Assembly (NCBI GenBank): GCA_002794465.1
Contig: MTSL01000205.1
Coordinates: forward strand, 129,810 to 161,809
Length of the DNA stretch: 32,000 nucleotides
DNA from: Paramicrosporidium saccamoebae KSL3
Lineage: Eukaryota; Fungi; Cryptomycota
Direction of reading: 5' to 3'
The notes beneath the pieces are model-generated. The model saw nothing but the letters and a program-made list of their open reading frames with translations, ran no database searches and had not been told where the DNA came from. Shown here in pieces: positions 21,285 to 29,335 of the stretch (its first letter is position 1; each line of letters begins with the position of its first letter). The position numbers were made by a program, and so were the translations under genes.

Positions 21285-21854
21285 TTAGTAGTCCTCCTCC
21301 TCTCGGCGGAAGCGTCTAAATTCACCAGCATTGCTGCCACCTTGGAAGCGGTCGGCTGGGGATCGGAAGCCCGCATTACTGCTTCTCTGAGCATTATATT
21401 CACCAGGCTGACGGCCACTAGGTCTGCTGCTATCTCTCTCAAGAGCAAAATCAGCAAAAACCTAAAGATGAATTCTCAATACAAGTGCGAGATTAAAACC
21501 TGGCGGCCTTCAATCTCAAGATTGCCCTCCTGAGTAACTTTTTGCGCATCTGATGCATTTTGAAACGTTACAAACCCAAATCCACGACTTCTCCCAGTCA
21601 TCTTATCCTGCTATATTACAAATCGAAATTTTCTGATACAGTTGCGAGGTGGGCATCGGCTACGGGCCCAAATGATTGAAAAAACTTTTGAAAGTTTTCT
21701 AGTAAGAATGTTAACAAACGTTCAGAGGAGGACAACAGTGACAAGAGTACAAATGAGGCTTCAAAGCGACATTGTAATAATGGTATTTTGGAAGAGTCAT
21801 ACCTTGTGAGAGCTTGAACGGAAGGCTGCGGATGAAAAGACGAGTGGAAGACAT
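21285..21854 (-). CDS. Single-RRM RNA-binding protein with low-complexity R/G/S C-terminus; introns 21699-21802 (104 nt), 21608-21639, 21462-21499
   Basis: Spliced: MSSTRLFIRSLPF (RNP2)...FFQSFGPVADAHLAT|DKMTGRSRGFGFVTF (RNP1)...LEIEGRQ|VFADFALERD...RRFRREEEDY*. An upstream in-frame ATG is at 21926. Confidence 0.85.
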
Positions 21855-22489
21855 TTGAGACTGAATACCTCCGCTGCCAGGGCTAGAGCGGTAGGAGTAC
21901 CATTGTGGTGGCCCAAAAAATGACATTGTTTAGTGAAGTTTTCGTAAGGATATGTTATAAATTCATCAGTGCACTTAATATAATACGCAAAAGGTGCAGG
22001 CCTAGAGGGCGTGCTTTACTGCAAATATACAATAAATCAGATCCATGATATGCGACATACGCCCCCTAATGGGTCGGCAACCTTGGTAAGGATTATAAAA
22101 GGCAATCCCGATACTGATGAGACCCACTAGGTTTCCGAATAGGGACAGTACTATGGATACTGCTGCAAATACTGTAGTAGTGCGAGGTTGCAGAACTATT
22201 GGGGGCAATGCTGACAAAGTCTGGCCAACCAGCAAGGACGGCTAATTGATCAGAGAAATAAATCCTCGCCGGCCCGTACCCGTACTAGTTTCGATACGTT
22301 TTACTCAACGTGCTACATCCTACGTCGGGCGGCTGGCCATCAGGCGCCTCGTACTCGTGGTAATGTTCTTACTACGCGACACTCTGGGTGCTCCTTAAAT
22401 TGGGCTATAGCAGACATTTATTTTTGTTCATTTGCAACCCTTTATTCTCTTTCAACAAATGCTAGCAGAAAGACGCCTAGAGCCGTCAC

Positions 22490-23617
22490 TTAGAAGCACT
22501 TGCGATGGACAATCGAAGGTCCAGATTCGTCGTACTCTTGCTTGGAAATCCACATTTGCTGGAAGGTAGATAGAGAAGCAAGGATAGAACCACCAATCCA
22601 TACAGAGTATTTGCGTTCCGGGGGAGCGACAACCTTGACTTTCATGGTAGATGGCGCAAGGGAAGTAATCTCTTTTTGCATGCGCTCGGGAAGACCAGAG
22701 TACATGGTAGTTCCACCAGAAAGAACAATGTTGCTGTATAGATCCTTTCGAATGTCTACGTCACAGATCTTGATGGAATTGTATGTGGTCTCATGGATAC
22801 CGGAAGCTTCAAGGCCGAGGAAAGAGGGCTGGAAGAGAGCCTCTGGAGCGCGGAAACGTTCACCTCCAATGGTAATAACTTGCCCGTCTGGAAGCTCGTA
22901 GGACTTTTCCACGGCAGACGATTTGAGGGAATCTTCATATTCCTGGTTGTAGTCTTGAGCAACATAGCAAAGCTTCTCTTTGATATCGCGCACAATTTCG
23001 CGTTCAGCAGAGGTGGTGAATGAGTACCCCCTCTCAGTAAGAATCTTCATCAAATAGTCAGTAAGATCTCGGCCAGCCAGATCAAGACGAAGGATGGCGT
23101 GCGGCACAGCATATCCTTCGTAGATTGGCACAGTGTGTGTGACACCATCGCCAGAGTCCATGACAATACCAGTTGTACGGCCCGAGGCATAGAGAGACAG
23201 AACTGCTTGAATCGCGACGTAGAACGCAGGAACGTTGAACGTCTCAAACATAATCTGAGTCATTTTCTCACGGTTGCGCTTAGGATTGAGCGGAGCTTCA
23301 GTGGAGAGAACAGGGTGTTCTTCGGGAGCTACTCGGAGTTCATTGTAGAAAGTGTGATGCCAAATCTTCTCCATGTCGTCCCAGTTGGTGACAATGCCGT
23401 GCTCAATAGGATACTTGAGACTGAGGATACCACGCTTTGACTGCGCTTCGTCGCCGACGTACGAGTCCTTTTGACCCATTCCGACCATGACACCTTGGTG
23501 GCGAGGTCTTCCGACAATCGACGGGAATACAGCCCGAGGAGCGTCGTCCCCAGCAAATCCGGCCTTGCACATGCCGGAGCCGTTGTCAATGACCAAAGCC
23601 ATAACGTCGTCTTCCAT
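22490..23617 (-). CDS. ACT1: Actin, intronless, moderately divergent
   Basis: [42 protein letters not shown]...[17 protein letters not shown], 375 aa from ATG 23617. Confidence 0.98.
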   Translation of the reverse strand: MEDDVMALVIDNGSGMCKAGFAGDDAPRAVFPSIVGRPRHQGVMVGMGQKDSYVGDEAQSKRGILSLKYPIEHGIVTNWDDMEKIWHHTFYNELRVAPEEHPVLSTEAPLNPKRNREKMTQIMFETFNVPAFYVAIQAVLSLYASGRTTGIVMDSGDGVTHTVPIYEGYAVPHAILRLDLAGRDLTDYLMKILTERGYSFTTSAEREIVRDIKEKLCYVAQDYNQEYEDSLKSSAVEKSYELPDGQVITIGGERFRAPEALFQPSFLGLEASGIHETTYNSIKICDVDIRKDLYSNIVLSGGTTMYSGLPERMQKEITSLAPSTMKVKVVAPPERKYSVWIGGSILASLSTFQQMWISKQEYDESGPSIVHRKCF

Positions 23618-23930
23618 ATTGCTATAATTCAAGTTCTTTTGGAGGGTGGATGGAGAAAGGTTGTCCTGTAGACTCTCTACACCAGTGGCGATAAAGTGGC
23701 TGGGGTCCCCGAGCTATTTATTTGGACCGCGTTGCCAGCATGAATAAACCGAAAAAGGAAACCAATTCACAATAAAAGCAGCGTATTCTATTGGTGGAAA
23801 GGCAGTGGCTGACGGTTTAGAGCCAGCTCCCGTTTAGAAGTGATATTAAAGTTTATCTACATATTGCTGTATATAGCAACATATTAATGTGTATGTATGC
23901 ATAGTATGGGACAGAAGTAACTGCCGGGTT

Positions 23931-24369
23931 CTATGTCATAAAGCTAAGGCCACATCCGCATGTCTCCCGTACATTTGGATTCTTAAAGGTAAACCGGGCA
24001 GTCAATTCGTCTTCAGCAAAGTCCATTTCGGACCCTAGAACAGTCAGGAGAGCCTTTGCGTCAACCAGGACGCGCACATCTTAAATGTTAGCTTCCCACT
24101 AGAGTAGTACCATCCTGAACAACCTCTTCGTCAAATTGCCCCTTCTGCGTCACATAATCGAGGCTATACACGAGCCCAGAACATCCCCGCGATTTTACTC
24201 CGACCTTGACCATTCGAGGCTCTGGACCCTCATTTAACTGCCTCAGTCGTTTTATCGCCGCAGGCGTCTAGTAATTATAGCCGAACCTCTTGCCGGATAC
24301 CAGCTGTAATATCCTCTTCGGGCTTCCTGGTTTTGACGAAAGAAGCCTAAGAAGGGGGCTTCCGTACAT
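23931..24369 (-). CDS. ISA1: Mitochondrial Fe-S assembly A-type carrier Isa1; introns 24268-24300 and 24080-24110
   Basis: Spliced: MYGSPLLRLLSSK...L|TPAAIKRL...VGVKSRGCSGLVYSLDY...FDEEVVQD|DVRVLVDAKALLTVLGSEMDF...F.FKNPNVRETCGCGLSF. All three conserved Cys are present; intron 2 has a GCTAAC branch point. Confidence 0.93.
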
Positions 24370-24428
24370 GTCACTCAAGCACAACTTGCTAGTTACCGGA
24401 AAACGATATTGTCAATCTTAATAGTTTT

Positions 24429-25199
24429 CTATTTACTTTGAGATTTTTTTGCCCTTTCTGAAAGGTAAGCGCTGTATCGGCTCTGGGCATAGTCTTTGGC
24501 CTGGATGGCTTTTCTAAAGCTATAGCGGCCAAACTTCTTAGCTCGCTCTGCACCAAGTTTTCCGTACTTTTTCAAAGATTCCGTCGCCAGGTTTCCATAG
24601 ATCCGCAAGTTAACAAGTCCAATTTGCCCATAGTGACCCGCAAGCGTCCATAGTACAGTTCCGTATTGATGCGCGTGTACCAAGAACAAATTGCCGTACT
24701 TTATACCAATCTCCTTCCAGACTTCCATATAGCGACTACTGTCTTTGGTGGCAGATTCCGAAAACGAGCGCTCGCCTTGGCTTTCTTTCGTCAAATCTGC
24801 ATCAATCTTGCGTCTTTCCGAATCTGGCTGGCTGGGTGAAGGTTCCACAACCTGGTCAGCCGAGTCTACTTCATTTGTTTCTTCATCAGAGTTGAATTTG
24901 GGAGAGGCACTATTCTTCACTGGGGCGTTATTCTGGTCGCTCTTATCACTCTTGCCGTTTGGGAGCTCTTGTCCGATTACATACTGGAAATTCGGAATAT
25001 CCTGTTTAATTGATTGAGCATCCGGATGTTGATGGTCCTGGCGTTCCTGACAGGCCTTGCATTCACTGTTACCCTTTCTAAGCAGGTCGTGCACATTAGC
25101 ACTAGGAGAATTGTCCATTCCTTCCTCACCCTCTGAATGAGCATTAGCAGCCACTAGCAGACAAAGTAAGGCAGAGAGAAATGCGTTGGCGAGCAGCAT
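24429..25199 (-). CDS. Hypothetical 256-aa protein: signal peptide, acidic/Ser-rich linker, C-terminal 11-mer Y(G) repeats
   Basis: MLLANAFLSALLCLLVAANA looks cleavable; Y/F falls at residues 157, 168, 179, 190, 201, 212, 223 and 245. Confidence 0.75.
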   Translation of the reverse strand: MLLANAFLSALLCLLVAANAHSEGEEGMDNSPSANVHDLLRKGNSECKACQERQDHQHPDAQSIKQDIPNFQYVIGQELPNGKSDKSDQNNAPVKNSASPKFNSDEETNEVDSADQVVEPSPSQPDSERRKIDADLTKESQGERSFSESATKDSSRYMEVWKEIGIKYGNLFLVHAHQYGTVLWTLAGHYGQIGLVNLRIYGNLATESLKKYGKLGAERAKKFGRYSFRKAIQAKDYAQSRYSAYLSERAKKSQSK

Positions 25200-25315
25200 G
25201 AATCAACTTATTTGTTTAGCCAATGAAACAGATAAGGAGGTTTCAATTTATATTATAAAAATCTGCAGACTGGATTTTGTACAGCCGTGACAGATCCAAT
25301 ATGTAAAACCGACAA

Positions 25316-27049
25316 TTAATTCAGTTTATTAACTAGACTACAGCCGACGGGTAGTTCTCTAATCGCCCGGTCGTATAGCAGGGCAGCTTCTGAGAAACGT
25401 TTCTGAGAGCGTTCGAAACGAATAAAGTCTGCCCATAGACTCTCGTCTTTCTTATCCAGCATGAGAGCGGCATTAAAGAGCTTGCGGACCTGTAGTTCAT
25501 CAACAGTGCCGCAAAGCTCCATTAGTATCCAGTCCCGATAAAACTTTGCATTAACAGTACGTTTAGCGGAGAGCGCAATACAAAGGGATCGAGCATCTGA
25601 CAAACCATATAGTTTGCGAAACTGACAGAGTATTTCCTGGAAACTTTCTGCAATGACATGCCTCGAACCACCAAGCGCCTTAAGAAGGAATTTCAGAGAT
25701 TGCTTCGCCGTGATTCCCTTTGATACAAGGATCCATTTAGAACACAGATGTGACAGCAATTCATCGCGACGAGACTCTTCTGAAACCTTTGAAATGTTTA
25801 GTAGGATATTCTTCAAGTGTTCATAGTTAGAGCAGTGATCAATGCTAGAACGGATGGTGGCTACAGTGACATCAGCAGATGCGGGATCCATCGTTCTCAT
25901 CCGGTGTAAGACGCCCTCTCTTGATTCTGAAGTATAGCCCAGTTCATTGAATAGCGAGACCCATCTAGCATATAATGCAGGGGTCAAAATTTGCTTTTCT
26001 TCTGCCAGCATAAAAATTTGGTCAACTTTGTCACAAATGACAGTCTGGATCTCACCTTGTAGATCAGCTTCGACCATTTTAGGGATCTCTAAGAGAAAAT
26101 CTACGCAAACATTCAGTAAGGAACTGGTAGGGGCTGATGCAAAGGCCTCATCGAGAATACCCAAGGCAATCTGAAGGGCATCGGGGGTGAATCCTTGACA
26201 AAGTGCTTCTTGTACAAAAGATTTCAGAAATGATGCATCTCGGAAATGAATGCTAAGGTACGTTGAACGGATATGCTCATAGACCTTGGCGAATTCTGGG
26301 TACCTTGCAGCAACATTCATAAAATGATGAGCAACGGCCGGTCCAAGGGTAGCGATAGATTTTAGTGCATGATCGAAAATCAAAATTGCCAACGCGCCAG
26401 AAAGCACATTTTCATCTTCGTCAACAGATGAATCGAGGTCCCCCAAGCCAAGCAGTTGCCGTCGTTCTTGGACTTTTTTCGCAAAGTCAAGCTCTAGATC
26501 AAAGAATGCCATCCATAATTCAGGGCAACCGGCATTAATACGGATAGCTTGCTGGAGCAGGGTCCTAGATGCCACCATATTGCCTCGTATTTCCCATTCA
26601 AACTTTGCAGCCATAATCCAGAATGGATGGTGAAGAGGATGATGCTGAATAGCCTTTGTAATGTTCTTTGAAAAAACCTGCCGACCACCCTGTAGGAGGG
26701 CGTACTCCAGAAACTGTTTCCAGAGGGACACTTCTCCCTTGAACTTTACCAAGGCCCGCTGATATAGGCCGTAGACGTGCTGGACAATGGAGTAATTGCT
26801 TAGAGAACTGCGACTCTTGATGGCAAGCTCAGAAGTGCGATCAAGACGCTCAGCCTCGAGCTGCTTTTCAAAGTCGATATACCCAAGAAAGTCTTCAAGG
26901 ATGGCTCCTCGGCGCTTCAGCCGATATTCAAACTTTGTGCGTCTAGATACAATATCTCGGACCTTTTCCTCAGAGAATATGCCCTTTTTGGAGAGCTCTT
27001 GAAGTTCTGGGAGCCTAGCCTCCAGGTGGAGCTGGACTTGTTCGGCCAT
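25316..27049 (-). CDS. UTP6: U3 snoRNA-associated protein 6 (HAT repeats)
   Basis: MAEQVQLHLEARLPELQEL...IFSEEKVRDIVSRRTKFEYRL.RR...DFLGYIDFE, LYQRAL.KF...LWKQF, WIMAAKFEWE...ASRTLLQQAIRIN...LWMAFFDLEL. The real start is probably ATG 27049, not 27181. Confidence 0.9.
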   Translation of the reverse strand: MAEQVQLHLEARLPELQELSKKGIFSEEKVRDIVSRRTKFEYRLKRRGAILEDFLGYIDFEKQLEAERLDRTSELAIKSRSSLSNYSIVQHVYGLYQRALVKFKGEVSLWKQFLEYALLQGGRQVFSKNITKAIQHHPLHHPFWIMAAKFEWEIRGNMVASRTLLQQAIRINAGCPELWMAFFDLELDFAKKVQERRQLLGLGDLDSSVDEDENVLSGALAILIFDHALKSIATLGPAVAHHFMNVAARYPEFAKVYEHIRSTYLSIHFRDASFLKSFVQEALCQGFTPDALQIALGILDEAFASAPTSSLLNVCVDFLLEIPKMVEADLQGEIQTVICDKVDQIFMLAEEKQILTPALYARWVSLFNELGYTSESREGVLHRMRTMDPASADVTVATIRSSIDHCSNYEHLKNILLNISKVSEESRRDELLSHLCSKWILVSKGITAKQSLKFLLKALGGSRHVIAESFQEILCQFRKLYGLSDARSLCIALSAKRTVNAKFYRDWILMELCGTVDELQVRKLFNAALMLDKKDESLWADFIRFERSQKRFSEAALLYDRAIRELPVGCSLVNKLN

Positions 27050-27196
27050 AAAAGGGACCCCTGCAAAAGCGATCTCTACTTGTGAAATAGTATTTCTGCT
27101 GACCGAAGATTTTAATAAAAGGTCTATTGAACAGTATCCACTTATCATCATTAGTAAGCTTGACCGATAGCGACCCCACAATCCATCCCTGTCACG

Positions 27197-27266
27197 CTGA
27201 GGATGATGGCCTATAAAGGCGCCACATACTTAATAGAACTAATCCCGTTCGTTCAACGAGGTCTTA
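27197..27266 (+). repeat. Copy (d) of the dispersed TATAAAG element
   Basis: CTGAGGATGATGGCCTATAAAGGCGCCACATACTTAATAGAACTAATCCCGTTCGTTCAACGAGGTCTTA; both boxes align with copy (c). Confidence 0.8.
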
Positions 27267-27286
27267 GCATTAATCTCACAATCTAT

Positions 27287-28660
27287 TTATTCATAGTGAC
27301 GCAAACCATAAACCAGGACATGTCCTTTGTCGTTGCCAATGGCCAACTTGTCTCCAAGCGGATTGATAGATAGAGCGCCGGCACGAAAGACGGGTGTCTT
27401 GTCTTTAGGCCAATTGGAGAATACCCGCCCAGTCCTCATATGCACTATTCGAACTGCATTTCTACGCTCATTGCTTGCAAAGATCATAAGCTCTGAGGAG
27501 GGATGGAAGCCAATGTAGGTGATCTTGGTTGTTAGATTCATCAAACTCTTGATCGGCTTGACGGTATTAGCATCAGACTCCAGAATTTGTGACAGTTCAT
27601 AAATACAAACGACCCCGAGATTAGACCCAACACTCAGATAATATCCGTCCGGAGACATTGCTAATGCTGTACAACAGGTTCCGGATTCTTCGCAGATCAC
27701 TTTAAGACAGCTACAATGTTGCGTCTCCCAGATGTAAATTTTGTTGTCGGCACCAACTGAAAATAGATTGTCTCCCTCTTTTGAGAACACAAAACTTGAC
27801 ACTGCAGCATTCATTTGGAGTGTTCCATGGAGTTGAAAGGTTTTTGTAGACAAAATGACTATAGATCCTCCTTTTCCTATCATTCCAACAAAGCGCCCGC
27901 ATGGAGAGAATTGAATATGGGTCCAAGCCTTTTCTTTTCGTCCCGGAATCATGGTATACTTATCCACTCTCTTCTCGACAATGTTCCATACAATAAATCC
28001 TGCCGATGCCCCAGTTATCATCACCATCCGGCCGTCAGCTGAGAATTTCGCATCCAAAATATCAAATCCTTCAACTTTTAGAGACAAAAGGCACTTATTA
28101 TCCACTCCATTCACCTCGAATACCTCGGCTTTTCGGCTTTTACTAGCCACCAAAACCCATGGCTTGCAGGGATGAAAGTCCAGGGCAGCGACGGCGCCGC
28201 TGGATGGTTGTGCAAAATTGACATTTCTATAACGCCGTAGCCCGATCAAGTCTGGCAGTAGACTTGATCTTTCATCAGACTTTCGGGTCTTTAGGATAGA
28301 AAAGGGGCTTTCAGAGTCGCTGTTTAATTCGTCCTCGTCATTTGAGCTAATGTCGGCCCACTGGGGTCGAGGATGGAGTTTTTCAAACTGGTCTCTGAGA
28401 CGCTGACTATACGCTTGCCCCGAGACACTCTTTTCAGATGCACAAGTCCTCAGTTTCTTGCTTCGATTCTGTGTAACTAGACAGACCTCTAACGGTTCGT
28501 CATCTTCGTCTACCCATGCTGCCGAAGGGCCGTCTCTGCTCCCCTCTAGAGACGTAGCATGTCCAGGCACTTTGTCACCAGTATCAATATAGAATATCTA
28601 AAGTGTAAGTGTATCAAGTGGAGATACCGTCGAGCCATCCTCAAGTGAACCTCCAGCCAT
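27287..28660 (-). CDS. UTP18: U3 snoRNA-associated protein 18 (WD40); intron 28598-28627
   Basis: IFYIDTG, AAWVDEDD, YSQRLRDQFEKLHPRPQWA, WD40 repeats, HPSSELMIFAS...NAVRIVH...VFSNWP, AIGNDKGHVLVY. Start is ATG 28660 or the in-frame ATG 28702. Confidence 0.9.
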
Positions 28661-28715
28661 CCCTGATGCCGCTGAGTATGTCGAGACAGGCAACCCCGGC
28701 ATAGTTGCTGTCCAA

Positions 28716-29184
28716 ATGGTAAGTTTCGTTCTCTAATCCAAAAGTGCGCCGTTCATCCATCCTACGGCTTTTCTTTTCGCCTTTTTCGAACATGTATTAA
28801 TACGTTTTGTAGTCGACCAACGTAAAAGCCTTTGAGCTCCGCAGCAAGTCCAAAGTCGAGCTTACCAAACAGCTCGCAGACCTCAAGAATGAGCTTGCGG
28901 CTCTTCGAGTCCAGAAGGTATCATCTGGAAGTGCCAACAAGGTTGCTCAAATCCACCATGTCCGCAAGGCTATTGCCCGCGTTTTGACTGTCATCCGCCA
29001 TGCTGACCGTGAGGCCGTGAAGAATTCCCTTGCTGGAAAGAAGCATCTTCCCAAGGATATGCGCGTCAAGAAGACACGTGCTATCCGTCGCCAGCTGACA
29101 AAGTTTGAAGCATCTCGAGAGACTGTTCGCCAGCACAAGAAGGCTATTCTCAACAAGGTTCGCAAGTACGCCATCAAGGCCTAA
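28716..29184 (+). CDS. RPL35: 60S ribosomal protein L35 (uL29); intron 28719-28812 directly after the ATG
   Basis: M|STNVKAFELRSKSKVELTKQLADLKNELAALRVQKV...IHHVRKAIARVLTVI...PKDMRVKKTRAIRRQLT...KYAIKA; canonical GTAAGT donor. Confidence 0.95.
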
Positions 29185-29335
29185 GTCCTCCTATGGATCA
29201 ATAAATAAACTGATCGTTCCAAATGTCCACAAGTGGATTGTGTTCAGGACCGACCGGTACTGGCTGTTGAGGGGGACCAAAATTATTCTCTTTGGCCTTT
29301 ATGCCAGAATCCTGATTGGCCAGCAGTAAGGCGGG

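Noticed and set aside
22002-22417. Small hydrophobic ORF 22002..22235(-) and an A-rich-context ATG at 22417
   Set aside because: No splice model within the 29-39 nt range joins them into a recognisable protein; a small membrane protein gene remains possible but is unsupported.
27050-27181. 44-aa N-terminal extension of UTP6 and TTG/upstream starts in other track ORFs
   Set aside because: Homology begins at MAEQVQ; the extensions are non-conserved read-through of promoter DNA.
27201-27240. TATAAAG element as a SECIS (ATGA...AAA)
   Set aside because: Only two copies have ATGA, the stem to the AA motif is about 8 nt instead of 11-12, there is no opposing GA, and no adjacent gene needs an in-frame TGA read as Sec.
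29262-29312. Possible sixth TATAAAG element (CTGTTGA...TGGCCTTTATGCCA)
   Set aside because: Box spacing is 31 nt instead of 38-42 and the core is degenerate; too weak to count.
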